A DNA stretch of 64,000 nucleotides from Thermoanaerobaculia bacterium. Its GTDB lineage: Bacteria > Acidobacteriota > Thermoanaerobaculia > UBA5066. Every line of letters starts with the position of its first letter. Within the stretch, counting starts at the first letter, position 1. The notes under the pieces are model-generated. The model saw nothing but the letters and a program-made list of their open reading frames with translations, did no database searches and was not told the origin of the DNA. Positions 52,331 to 61,778 of the stretch are shown here, piece after piece. The position numbers were made by a program, and so were the translations under genes. The stretch covers positions 2,880,001 to 2,944,000 of the forward strand of contig CAVRAY010000001.1 in NCBI GenBank assembly GCA_963719225.1. The letters are read 5' to 3'.

Positions 52331-54307
52331 TCACACCGCGGCCCGCACCGGAAGCACGATCGCCTGGACCCCCTCGAACTGGAGTCGGCGCTGGATCGCC
52401 ATTGCGGTCTCGTTGTGGAGGAGGCGGTGGTACCAGTCCTCCTTCTTGAACACGAGCTTGCCGCTGAAGACGACGGAGCGCGGAAACTCCTCGCGCAGCT
52501 GCTTGCAGATCTTCACGACCTCGTCCACGGCTTCCGTCGCAATCGCCATCCGGTAGCCCGCGTTCCAGCCCTTCTCCCGGCACCACGCGACGTATTTCTC
52601 CAGGTTCTGCCGGGTATCCGCCTCGAGGTGGCCCATCTCGTCGCTGCCCTTGAAGTTGCCGGAGTCCACCACGGCCACAGACACGAAAATGAAGTTCTTG
52701 TAGTAGTTCGGGAACAGCATATGGATGCTCAGGATCTGATGGATCCCGTAACCGGAGAAGCGATCCACGGTGAGGACCGCGGTCGGCACCTTGTGGTCGA
52801 GCGCGGCCACGCAGTTGTCCGCGACCGGAACGGGAGCCACCGGCACGAGGACGTCGTCGAGACGCTTGAGGTCCTGTTTCACGCTCTCGTAGTGCCGCCG
52901 GATGAGAAAGCAGACGGCGATCGTCGCGCTCGTCACGAGCGAGGTCATCCAGCCCCCCTCCGCGAACTTCTCGTAGAGCGTGACGCAGAGGATCGTCACG
53001 CACATGACGAGCCCGGTGCCGTGAATCGCGAGAAGGCCCTTCCAGTGTGGCTCCTTGTGCCGCTCCACGATCCAGTGGCGGGACATGCCGAGCTCGGTGA
53101 GCGAGAACGTGATGAAGACGTTGATCGAGTACATGACGACGAGCATCGTGATGGCGCCGCGCGTGTAGAGGAGAGCCGCGATCGCCGCGAGGCCCATCAG
53201 GAAGACGCCGTTCTTCGTGACGAGGCGGTCGGAGAGCTGCGAGAAGCGGTGCGGGACCCACGAGTCGATCGCCATGTTGCCGAGGACGCGCGGCCCGTCC
53301 AGGAACCCTGCCTGGGCCGCGACGACGAGGAGAGCCGCCTCGGACGCGAGGAGGATCAGCACGAAAAGAGTGCCTGCGCCGAAACTGCCGATGTGCCAAT
53401 GTCCGAAGAGCGCGTCGAAGAGTACCCAGTTCATCGTCTTCCCTTCGGCGGGACGCGCGCCAACGAGGAGATAGCCGAACAGGATGCCGCCGGCCGTGAA
53501 GGCGAGCGAGGCGGCCATCATGGCCATGGTCCTTTTTCCGGTCCTGACGCGCGGCTCGCGCAGGATCGAGACGCCGTTCGAGACGGCTTCGATTCCCGTG
53601 TACGTGCCGCCTCCCAGCGAATAGGCCCGAAGGAGGACGAAGGCGAGCGGCCAGAAACCCATGGTCGATACCGACGCGTGGAAGTCGCGAGAGGCGCCCG
53701 CGAAGACGGTCGGAAGACCCGAAGCGTGGGTCGCGAGCGCGTAGAGGATCGAGAAGGCGTGCGTGCCGACGAAGACCAGGAAGATCGGCGCCAGGACCGT
53801 GACCGACTCCTTGACGCCCCGGAGGTTCAGGATGATGAGAAAGACGAGGACGACGATCTCGGCCGGCAGCTTGTAGCGAACCATTCCGGGTTCGAGGAAG
53901 TTCCAGACCTGGTCGCAGGCCGAGGCGATCGATACCGTGATCGTGAGGACGTAGTCGACGAGGAGGGCGCAGCCCGAAACAACACCCACCTTCGGTCCGA
54001 GGAGCTTGGTCGCGACGAGGTACCCGCCCCCTCCTCCCGGGAAGTGCTGAATGAGGTTCGAGTACGCGATGGAGATCACCGCAATCGTGAGGGCCGTCAT
54101 CGCGACGAGGACGATTGCCAGCGAGCGGTGGGTCCCGAGGGCCCGGAAAGCCTCGTCCGGGCCGTACGCAGAGGACGAGAGCCCGTCGGCCCCGAGGCCG
54201 ACCCACGCGAGGAAGGCCACCAGGGATACCCGATGGAAAACGTGCGGATCCTTGACGTCGCGAGGCTTGCCCAGGAGGACCTGGGAGATCTTGCTGGGCT
54301 CGGACAT
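52331..54307 (-). CDS. APC-superfamily transporter, KimA/YdaO-like (K+ uptake), copy 1
   Basis: DGLSSSAYGP, FPGGGGGY, LLVDYVLT, NLRGVKES, TGIEAVSNG; cytosolic C-domain with LLHNETA. Confidence 0.85.
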   Translation of the reverse strand: MSEPSKISQVLLGKPRDVKDPHVFHRVSLVAFLAWVGLGADGLSSSAYGPDEAFRALGTHRSLAIVLVAMTALTIAVISIAYSNLIQHFPGGGGGYLVATKLLGPKVGVVSGCALLVDYVLTITVSIASACDQVWNFLEPGMVRYKLPAEIVVLVFLIILNLRGVKESVTVLAPIFLVFVGTHAFSILYALATHASGLPTVFAGASRDFHASVSTMGFWPLAFVLLRAYSLGGGTYTGIEAVSNGVSILREPRVRTGKRTMAMMAASLAFTAGGILFGYLLVGARPAEGKTMNWVLFDALFGHWHIGSFGAGTLFVLILLASEAALLVVAAQAGFLDGPRVLGNMAIDSWVPHRFSQLSDRLVTKNGVFLMGLAAIAALLYTRGAITMLVVMYSINVFITFSLTELGMSRHWIVERHKEPHWKGLLAIHGTGLVMCVTILCVTLYEKFAEGGWMTSLVTSATIAVCFLIRRHYESVKQDLKRLDDVLVPVAPVPVADNCVAALDHKVPTAVLTVDRFSGYGIHQILSIHMLFPNYYKNFIFVSVAVVDSGNFKGSDEMGHLEADTRQNLEKYVAWCREKGWNAGYRMAIATEAVDEVVKICKQLREEFPRSVVFSGKLVFKKEDWYHRLLHNETAMAIQRRLQFEGVQAIVLPVRAAV

Positions 54308-54367
54308 CGCGGGGGCGACTCGCGCCCATGGAAAGTCTAGAGATCGGGAAGCCTCGCCAGCGCGACC

Positions 54368-54384
54368 TTTAGAACTTCTTTAGG
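54368..54384. promoter_or_regulatory. Candidate OmpR/KdpE-type direct-repeat site
   Basis: TTTAGA-N5-TTTAGG (11-bp period) upstream of a minus-strand TAGACT -10 (54334-54339). Confidence 0.5.
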
Positions 54385-54702
54385 TCTTTCTCCGGACTTC
54401 CTTGGCCGCCGGGTGCGAGGGTTCAAATGTGGAAGAGCACCCGACCCCGCCGCGTTCCCTCGCCTCCTCTCTCGGGCTCCTCGCGACGTCGCTCCTCATC
54501 CTCTGCGGGGGCGCGCTCCTCGCGGTTTCCTTCGAGGGAACGCTCCGACCCGTGCTCGGAATCGCGGGTTTCGCGGTCTTCGTGCTCCTCTCCGCACGGG
54601 CACTGCGCGAGCTCGTTCTTCGGGGAGCGCTGATCGACGGGCCGCCGGGGCCCGCCGGCGAGCCCCTCCACGCATGGAGCGCGCTCCGGGTGCAGAGCCG
54701 CT

Positions 54703-56679
54703 CTACACCGCGGCGCGGACCGGCAGGACGATCGCCTGCACACCCTCGAACTGGAGCTTCCGCTGAATCGACATCGCCGTCTCGTTATGCAGAAGGCGGT
54801 GGTACCACTCCTCCTTCTCGAAGACGAGCTTCCCGCTGAACACGACCGATCGCGGGAACTCCTGGCGCAGCTCCTTGCAGATCTCGACGACCTTCTCGAC
54901 GGCTTCGGTCCCGATTGCGAGCTTGTATCCCGCGTTCCATCCCTGAGCGCGGCACCACGCGACGTATTTCTCCAGGTTCTCCCGGGCGTTCGCCTCGAGG
55001 TGCCCCATCTCGTCGCTTCCCTTGAAGTTGCCGGAGTCGACGACGGCCACCGACACGAAGACGAAGTTCTTGTAGTAGTTCGGGAACAGCGTGTGGATGC
55101 TCAGGATCTGGTGGATCCCGTAGCCTGAAAACCGGTCTACCGTGAGGATCGCGGTCGGCAGCTTGTGGTCCAGCTGTTCGAGGGCGTTCTCCGCGACCGG
55201 GACGGGCTGGACGGGCACGAGGACGTCGTCGAGACGCTTGAGGTCCCGCTGCACGCTCTCGTAGTGCCGCCGGATGAGGATGCAGATGAGGATCGTCACG
55301 CTCGTCACGAGCGTCGTCATCCAGCCCCCGTCCGCAAACTTCTCGTAGAGGGTGATGCAGAGAATCGTCACGCACATCACGAGTCCGGTGCTGTGGATCG
55401 CAAGCTGCTGCTTCCAGCCCGGCGTCCGGCGCTCCAGGATCCAATGACGCGTCATGCCGAGCTCGGTCAGCGAGAACGTGATGAAGACGTTGATCGAATA
55501 CATCACGACGAGCATCGTGATGTTGCCGCGCGTGTAGAGGAGCGCCGCGATCGCCGCGATGCCCATCAGGAAGACGCCGTTCTTGAAGACGAGACGGTCG
55601 GAAAGCTGCGAGAAGCGGTGCGGCACCCACGAGTCGATAGCCATGTTTCCGAGGACGCGCGGCCCGCCGAGCAGTCCCGCCTGGGCCGCCACGAAGAGGA
55701 GAGCCGCCTCCGCGAGAAGGAGAGTGAGAATGATCGCGGTCCCGATTGCGAGGCCTCCGATCTTCCAGTGTCCGAAGAGCGCGTCGAAGAGGACGAAGTT
55801 CATCGTCTTTCCCGGGTGCTCCCGCGCGCCGACGAGGAGATAGCCGAAGAGAATGCCTCCGGCGGTGAAGGCCAGCGATACGGCCATGAGCAGCATCGTC
55901 TTCTTCCCGGTCTTCACGCGCGGCTCGCGCAGCATCGTGACGCCGTTCGAAACCGCCTCGATGCCCGTGTACGTGCCACCTCCCAGCGAATAGGCCCTGA
56001 GGAGGATGAGCGCGAGCGGCCAGAAGCCCATCGTCGCCTTTGCGGAACGGTAATCCCCTGCCGCGCTCGTGAACACCGTCGGGAGCTCGGGCGCGTGGGC
56101 GCCGAAGGAATAGAGGATCGCGAACGCGTGCATCCCGATGAAGACGAGGAAGATCGGCACGAGGAACGTGACCGACTCCTTGACGCCCCTGAGGTTCAGG
56201 ACGACGAGGAAGACGAGGACGACGACCTCGGTCGACAGCTTGTACCGGATCATCCCGGGTCCGAGAAAGTTCCAGATCTGGTCGCACGCCGATGCGATGG
56301 ACACCGTGATCGTGAGGACATAATCCACGAGGAGGGCGCAGCCCGAGACGACGCCGGCTTTCCGTCCGAGGAGCTTCGTCGCGACGAGGTACCCGCCGCC
56401 GCCGCCTGGGAAGATCTCGATGACGTTCGCGTAGGCGGTGGAAATGACGGCGACCGTGATCGCGGTCATCGCGACGAGGATGATCGCGAGCGAATGGTGG
56501 CTGCCGAGCGCGCGGAACGCCTCGTCGGGCCCGTATGCCGACGAAGAGAGGCCGTCGGCACCCAGGCCCACCCATGCGAGAAACGCGACGAGCGAAATCC
56601 GGTGGAAGATCTTCGGATCGTTGACGTCCCGGGGCTTCCCCAGGACGAGGCGAGTCAGCGAGTTGCGTTCGGGTGACAA
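54703..56679 (-). CDS. APC-superfamily transporter, KimA/YdaO-like, copy 2
   Basis: Same length (658 aa) and highly similar to copy 1. Confidence 0.85.
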   Translation of the reverse strand: MSPERNSLTRLVLGKPRDVNDPKIFHRISLVAFLAWVGLGADGLSSSAYGPDEAFRALGSHHSLAIILVAMTAITVAVISTAYANVIEIFPGGGGGYLVATKLLGRKAGVVSGCALLVDYVLTITVSIASACDQIWNFLGPGMIRYKLSTEVVVLVFLVVLNLRGVKESVTFLVPIFLVFIGMHAFAILYSFGAHAPELPTVFTSAAGDYRSAKATMGFWPLALILLRAYSLGGGTYTGIEAVSNGVTMLREPRVKTGKKTMLLMAVSLAFTAGGILFGYLLVGAREHPGKTMNFVLFDALFGHWKIGGLAIGTAIILTLLLAEAALLFVAAQAGLLGGPRVLGNMAIDSWVPHRFSQLSDRLVFKNGVFLMGIAAIAALLYTRGNITMLVVMYSINVFITFSLTELGMTRHWILERRTPGWKQQLAIHSTGLVMCVTILCITLYEKFADGGWMTTLVTSVTILICILIRRHYESVQRDLKRLDDVLVPVQPVPVAENALEQLDHKLPTAILTVDRFSGYGIHQILSIHTLFPNYYKNFVFVSVAVVDSGNFKGSDEMGHLEANARENLEKYVAWCRAQGWNAGYKLAIGTEAVEKVVEICKELRQEFPRSVVFSGKLVFEKEEWYHRLLHNETAMSIQRKLQFEGVQAIVLPVRAAV

Positions 56680-56794
56680 CTCACTTCACCTATCTGCGCG
56701 CGAGCACCGCGGGAGTTTAGTCTGAAAGCTTGATTTCCCGGTGTTCCCTGACTTAGGTTGGTCCCCGGGCGAACTCACCGGAAAGGAGTCGACT

Positions 56795-57241
56795 ATGGCC
56801 CTTACCGTCAAGAAGATCACGCTCTGGCGCCGTGAGTCCGGGGATCATCCCGGCCTCATGGCGGAAACGCTCAGGCCGCTCGCCGGGTACGGATTCAGCC
56901 TGAAGGTCGCGATGGGATACAGGCAACCCGGGGGCAGTACCGCCGTCATCGAGGTGTCGCCGGTCATCGGAAAGAAGGCCGTCGCCGCCGCGGATTCGGT
57001 GGGCCTCGGGGCCTCCAGAATCCCGACGCTTCTCGTCGAAGGAGACGACCGGCCGGGCCTCGGATACGCGCTCGCGCGCGGAATCGCGGACGCCGGGATC
57101 AACCTCGACTTCCTGATGGCGCAGGTCGTCGGCCGGAAGTTCTCGGCGGTCTTCGGCTTCGCGAACGAGGCCGACGCGAAGGCAGCGACGCGCCTCATCA
57201 AGAAGGCGGCACGCCCGGCAAAGAAAAAGAAGAGGAAGTAG
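56795..57241 (+). CDS. ACT-domain-containing protein
   Basis: AAGGAG RBS; two D(H/R)PGL ACT-like units. Confidence 0.8.
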   Translation: MALTVKKITLWRRESGDHPGLMAETLRPLAGYGFSLKVAMGYRQPGGSTAVIEVSPVIGKKAVAAADSVGLGASRIPTLLVEGDDRPGLGYALARGIADAGINLDFLMAQVVGRKFSAVFGFANEADAKAATRLIKKAARPAKKKKRK

Positions 57242-57290
57242 CTCAGAAGAGAAACGATCCTCGTTCCTGTATATCCTGCGATCGATCAGG

Positions 57291-57989
57291 ATGAAGGAAG
57301 CTCTCGTTCTCGTCTTTGCCGCCGCGAGCCTGACGGACGCCTTGACGGCAATCGGGGCGGCCTGGGAGAAGGGCGGGGGCGGGAAGATCGCATTCAACTT
57401 CGCGTCCTCCAGCACGCTCGCCCGGCAGATCCGCGAAGGGGCCCCGGCGGATCTCTTCCTCTCGGCGGACGAGGACCAGATGGATGCGCTCGAGGAGGCC
57501 GGGCTCGTCGCGCCCGGAACCCGAAGGAGTGTTCTTTCGAACGCGCTCGTCGTCATCGTGCCGGAAGAGAGCCGGACGGAGATTTCCTCTGCAAGGGATC
57601 TGGCCGACGCGCGTGTCCGCCGCCTCGCTCTCGCGGAGCCGCACAGCGTGCCGGTGGGCGTCTATTCGAAGAAATTCTTCGAAAGCAGCGGACTCTGGTC
57701 CTCCGTCGCCGGCAAGGTGATCCCCACCGAGAACGCCCGCGCGACTCTGGCTGCCGTGGAGTCGGGCAACGTCGACGCGGGGGTCGTCTACCGCACGGAT
57801 GCCCTGATCTCCAGGAGGGTGCGGATCGCCTTCGAGGTCCCGGCGGCGTCCGGTCCCGCAATCTCGTATCCGTTCGCGCTCGTCCAGGGGGCGCCGCGCG
57901 AAAAGGAGGCGCGGAGATTCCTCGCGTATCTCGGCTCAGCCGCTGCCCGCGAGCTCTTCGTCCGTTACGGCTTCCTCGTGAAGAACTGA
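57291..57989 (+). CDS. modA: Molybdate ABC transporter substrate-binding protein
   Basis: VFAAASL, FASSSTLARQI..GAPADLFLSA, VPVG.Y, VY.TDA. Confidence 0.92.
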   Translation: MKEALVLVFAAASLTDALTAIGAAWEKGGGGKIAFNFASSSTLARQIREGAPADLFLSADEDQMDALEEAGLVAPGTRRSVLSNALVVIVPEESRTEISSARDLADARVRRLALAEPHSVPVGVYSKKFFESSGLWSSVAGKVIPTENARATLAAVESGNVDAGVVYRTDALISRRVRIAFEVPAASGPAISYPFALVQGAPREKEARRFLAYLGSAAARELFVRYGFLVKN

Positions 57990-57990
57990 C

Positions 57991-58668
57991 GTGTCCGAGC
58001 TCGCGGTGGACCTCCCGGTCGTCTGGTTCACGATGCGCGTGGCGGCACTGGCCGTCCTCCTCCTCGCTCCTTTCGGGCTCGCCCTCGCGCTGCTGCTCGC
58101 GCGGCGGCGCTTTCCGGGGAAAGCCCTCCTCGAGACGATCGTCTCTCTTCCGCTCGTCCTCCCTCCCGTCGCCACGGGACTCCTTCTGCTGAAGTTCCTG
58201 GGGCGCCGCGGCCCCGGCGGGCGCGCCGCACACGTCCTGTTCGGCGTGGACGTCGTGTTCACGTGGAAAGCCGTGGTCGTCGCGATGATGGTGATGTCTC
58301 TCCCCCTCCTCGTGCGCACGGCGCGCGTCGCCTTCGAGGAGGTGAACCCGCGCCTCGAAGCGGTCGCCCGGACGCTCGGGGCGAGCGAGGCGCGCCTCCT
58401 CTCGACGGTCACGTTTCCGCTCGCGTCCCGTGGCATCGCCGCGGGCCTCCTCCTCGCCTTCGCGCGCGCCCTCGGCGAGTTCGGCGCCACGATCCTCGTC
58501 GCCGGGAACATTCCGGGCCGCACGACGACGATCGCGACCGCGATCTACAACGACGTGCAGACGGGCGCGGACTCTCGCGCGTACGGCCTCCTCGCCGTCT
58601 CGGCGGCGCTCGCGTTCGGCGCGATCTTTCTCTCCGAGGCCTGGTTGAAGCGGCGGACGAACGCGTGA
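57991..58668 (+). CDS. modB: Molybdate ABC permease
   Basis: LPLVLPPVATG, ARTLGA, FARALGEFGAT..AGNIPG.T. Confidence 0.94.
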   Translation: MSELAVDLPVVWFTMRVAALAVLLLAPFGLALALLLARRRFPGKALLETIVSLPLVLPPVATGLLLLKFLGRRGPGGRAAHVLFGVDVVFTWKAVVVAMMVMSLPLLVRTARVAFEEVNPRLEAVARTLGASEARLLSTVTFPLASRGIAAGLLLAFARALGEFGATILVAGNIPGRTTTIATAIYNDVQTGADSRAYGLLAVSAALAFGAIFLSEAWLKRRTNA

Positions 58669-59372
58669 CTCTGTCCCTGGAAGGCGTCCGTCTGCCGCTC
58701 ACTCCTTTCGCGGTCGAGCTCGACGCCGTGCTGAGCGCCCACGTCACGGCCATCTTCGGACCGTCCGGCGCCGGCAAGACGTCACTCCTCGAGGCCGTCG
58801 CGGGCCTGAGGCATCCGGAGAGAGGGCGCATCGTCCTCTCGGGCCGCGTGCTCGACGACGCGGCCGCGGGAATCCGGGTTCCCCCGCGTCAGCGGGCCGT
58901 CGGCTACGTCACGCAGGACGATTCGCTGTTCCCCCATCTCTCCGTCGCCCGCAACCTCCGCTACGGGACGGGACGCGGCGCGCGCAAGGCTTTTCTCGGG
59001 GAGGATCGAATCGTCGAGACGCTGGGCCTTGCGTCTCTTCTCGACAGAAGTCCGTCGACGCTCTCCGGTGGTGAGAGGCGGCGCGTCGCTCTCGGCCGGG
59101 CCCTCCTGTCAGCGCCGGAGATCCTGCTTCTCGACGAGCCGCTCTCCGGTCTCGACCGTCCGCTCAAGGAGAGGGTCCTCGGGCACCTCCTGAAGATCAA
59201 GGCGGCCTTTCCGCTGCCGATCCTCTACGTCACGCACGAGGCTGGGGAAGTGGCCGCCCTCGCGGACGAGGTCGTCGTCCTCGCCGCCGGGCGGCTCGTC
59301 GCGCGTGGCTCTCCCGCGGACGTGCTGCGGGACGGCACTCCGGCTTTCGGCGACGTACCCATGACCGGCTGA
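58665..59372 (+). CDS. modC: Molybdate ABC ATPase (short form without TOBE domain)
   Basis: GPSGAGKT, LFPHLSV, LSGGE, LLDEP, YVTH. Confidence 0.92.
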   Translation: MTLSLEGVRLPLTPFAVELDAVLSAHVTAIFGPSGAGKTSLLEAVAGLRHPERGRIVLSGRVLDDAAAGIRVPPRQRAVGYVTQDDSLFPHLSVARNLRYGTGRGARKAFLGEDRIVETLGLASLLDRSPSTLSGGERRRVALGRALLSAPEILLLDEPLSGLDRPLKERVLGHLLKIKAAFPLPILYVTHEAGEVAALADEVVVLAAGRLVARGSPADVLRDGTPAFGDVPMTG

Positions 59373-59385
59373 AGATCTGCATGAC

Positions 59386-59434
59386 TTGACGTCCGTGCGG
59401 TCGTTCGCTACATTGCGATTGAGACTGAGTCGCA
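59386..59434 (+). promoter_or_regulatory. sigma70 promoter with overlapping Fur-box-like palindrome
   Basis: TTGACG 59386-59391, 17 nt, TACATT 59409-59414; TGCGATTGAGACTGAGTCGCA 59414-59434. Confidence 0.7.
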
Positions 59435-60414
59435 TGAGCAACGAGACGATCGTCCGCCACCTCGCGGCCATGGGCACCGCCCTTGCCCTGACGGTGTCGG
59501 CCCCGACGCGCGACACGGCGCTCGCCGCAAGCGAGGCGGGCGTGAGGGAAATCGAGCGGATCGAGGCGCTCCTCTCCACCTGGCGCGACGACACTCCCCT
59601 CGCCCGGCTGAACGCCGCCGCGCCCGGGACGGCGGTCGAGTTGCCGCCGGAGCTTTTCGCGCTGCTGAAAAGAGTCTTCGAATGGAGAGAGAGAACCGTC
59701 GGCGCGTTCGACCCGACGGTAGCGCCTCTCGTGAGGGCATGGGGGCTTCGCGGCGGGGGGCGCATTCCGGGCTTCGCGGAGCTGCGCGCCGCGCGCCGGG
59801 TCACCGGCCCTTCCCTCTTCTCATTCGAAGAATCCTCTTCGTCCATCTCGCGGCGCGACTCCGCCGCCGGCATCGACGAGGGCGCCTGGGGCAAGGGCTG
59901 GGCGCTCGACAGGGCGGCCGCCGCAATGCGTGACGCGGGTGCGGTCGCGGGAGTCGTGGACCTCGGCGGGCAGATTCTCTCGTTCGGGGAAGAGACGCCC
60001 ATCAGCGTCGCGTCTCCTGTCGACCGGAACCGAACCGTCGCCAGGCTGCTTTTGAAGGACTCCTCCGCGTCGACGTCGGGAAACTCCGAGCGCGGCCTCG
60101 CCTTGAACGGCCGGCGCATCGGCCACCTCCTGGATCCGCGCACCGGCGAGCCCGCGCCCGCTTTCGGCTCGGTGACCGTCGTCGCGCCAACGGGTTTCGT
60201 CGCGGACGTCCTTTCGACGGCGTTCTTCGTGCTGGGACCGAAAGACGGTTTGGTGCTCTCGGAGCGCCTTCGGGCGGCAGGCGTCGCTCATGAAACGCTG
60301 TTTTTCTTGGAAGGTGAAGAGGGGAAACGGCTGCGGGTCTCCGCGCGTAGCCCGCGCACCGGACCTTTTCCTCTTACCCATTCTAAGAAATCTTCCGAAG
60401 GAGTCCACCCATGA
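59434..60414 (+). CDS. apbE: ApbE-family FAD:protein FMN transferase
   Basis: AMGT, GAFDPTV.PL..AWG, KGWALD, DLGGQ, STSG..ER, HLLDPRTG, AD.LSTA. Confidence 0.92.
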   Translation: MSNETIVRHLAAMGTALALTVSAPTRDTALAASEAGVREIERIEALLSTWRDDTPLARLNAAAPGTAVELPPELFALLKRVFEWRERTVGAFDPTVAPLVRAWGLRGGGRIPGFAELRAARRVTGPSLFSFEESSSSISRRDSAAGIDEGAWGKGWALDRAAAAMRDAGAVAGVVDLGGQILSFGEETPISVASPVDRNRTVARLLLKDSSASTSGNSERGLALNGRRIGHLLDPRTGEPAPAFGSVTVVAPTGFVADVLSTAFFVLGPKDGLVLSERLRAAGVAHETLFFLEGEEGKRLRVSARSPRTGPFPLTHSKKSSEGVHP

Positions 60415-60477
60415 ACAAACGTTCCTCGACGCGCTTCCGAGGTGCTGCCGCGATCGGCCTCTTTTTCTTTCTAAGCA
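60304..60477. repeat. Three copies of the dispersed motif
   Basis: TTCTTGGAA 60304-60312 (-), TTCTAAGAA 60381-60389 (+), TTCTAAGCA 60469-60477 (+). Confidence 0.75.
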
Positions 60478-61778
60478 GTCTTCTCTCCTCCCCCGCCATA
60501 TGCGACGAGCCCCCCCCGAAGGCCGAGGAGGAGCGCGAGCAGCGCCTGAAGGATCTCGAGGGAAAGGTCGACGTCCTCACGAAGGAGATCGAGGCCTTGC
60601 GTCTCGGCGAAGCGCCCGCCGTCCCGGCCGGCGCTCTGGCCACCCCGACGCCCGAAGCGTCCGCGTCGCGCTTCGGCCTCGGGCCTGCCGCGTCGCGCGT
60701 CTACTCGAGGAAAGGCGTCTCGATCGGCGGGTACGGGGAGGTCCTTTACCAGCGCTTCGCCGCGTCGAAGCAGGATGGATCGCCATCCGGCGTTTCGGAC
60801 ACGATCGACCTCTCCCGCGCCGTCCTCTACTTCGGCTACAAATTCGACGACCACTTCGTCTTCAACTCCGAGGTCGAGTACGAGCATGCCGTGGCCGCGT
60901 CCGACAAGGAAGGCGAGGTCGAAGTCGAGTTCGCTTACGTCGACTGGCTCAGCAGCTCGCGCGCCCTCCGCGCGCGGGCGGGCCTCATCCTGGTCCCGAT
61001 GGGTTTTCTCGACGAGCTGCACGAGCCGCCGACTTTCTTCGGCGCGCGCCGCAACGACGTCGAGACGCTGATCCTTCCGACGACCTGGCGCGAGCTCGGC
61101 CTCGGCGCCTACGGCGAGGCGGGACCTCTCGCCTACCGCCTCTTCCTCCTGAACGGTCTCAGCTCCGAGGGCTACACGGCCGAGGGCATCCGGGAGGGCC
61201 GGCAGGAAGGCTCGCTCGCGAAGGCACGCGACTTCGCCCTCACGGGCCGTCTCGATTTCGTCGGGACGAACGGCCTCGTTGCCGGCGCCTCGTTCTTCGC
61301 CGGCTGCTCGGGCCAGGGCCGGACGACGGCCTCCGGCGAGAACATCTGCGGCCAGACGACGGTGTGGGACGTCCATGCCGATTTCCGGTGGCGCGGGCTC
61401 TCGTTGCGGGCGATCGTCGCCGGTTCGACCATCTCGGACACCGCCGCCATCAACGAGCTGAACGGCCTCTCGGGCGACGAGGGAGTCGGAAGCCGGCAGC
61501 GAGGCTGGTACGGCGAGGCCGGGTTCGACGTTCTCGCTCTCGTTCCGCGCACGAAGCTCTCGCTCTCGCCGTTCGTGAGGTACGAGGAGTGGGACACACA
61601 GGCTTCCGTGGCGGACGGCTTCGAGCGGAACCCCGAGAACGACGTCACGCAGTGGACGGCGGGCGTCGTCTTCAAGCCCATTCCGCAGGTCGTGCTTAAA
61701 CTCGACGGTCAGTGGCGCCGCAACGCGGCGCGAACCGGCGTGAACCAGGTGAACATCGCATTGGGATATGAATTCTAA
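60411..61778 (+). CDS. Outer-membrane beta-barrel/porin-like protein
   Basis: Signal peptide, coiled coil, IGGYGE, EVEYEH, HEPPTF, alternating beta pattern, C-terminal GYEF. Confidence 0.8.
   Translation: MNKRSSTRFRGAAAIGLFFFLSSLLSSPAICDEPPPKAEEEREQRLKDLEGKVDVLTKEIEALRLGEAPAVPAGALATPTPEASASRFGLGPAASRVYSRKGVSIGGYGEVLYQRFAASKQDGSPSGVSDTIDLSRAVLYFGYKFDDHFVFNSEVEYEHAVAASDKEGEVEVEFAYVDWLSSSRALRARAGLILVPMGFLDELHEPPTFFGARRNDVETLILPTTWRELGLGAYGEAGPLAYRLFLLNGLSSEGYTAEGIREGRQEGSLAKARDFALTGRLDFVGTNGLVAGASFFAGCSGQGRTTASGENICGQTTVWDVHADFRWRGLSLRAIVAGSTISDTAAINELNGLSGDEGVGSRQRGWYGEAGFDVLALVPRTKLSLSPFVRYEEWDTQASVADGFERNPENDVTQWTAGVVFKPIPQVVLKLDGQWRRNAARTGVNQVNIALGYEF

Noticed and set aside
54402-54839. Two-TM ORF between the transporter paralogues
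   Set aside because: It has a plausible hydrophobic N-terminus but overlaps the 3' end of copy 2 by about 135 bp and has no recognisable family; it may be a gene remnant.
52331-56679. Long direct repeat as an assembly artefact
   Set aside because: The two copies differ at many synonymous and non-synonymous positions throughout, consistent with a real paralogous duplication.
56680-56794. c-di-AMP (ydaO) riboswitch upstream of the KimA-like genes
   Set aside because: The intergenic space is short and I could not identify the conserved riboswitch elements.
57242-57290. ModE box or Moco riboswitch before modA
   Set aside because: Only about 50 bp, with a single TATAT half-site and no matching second half.
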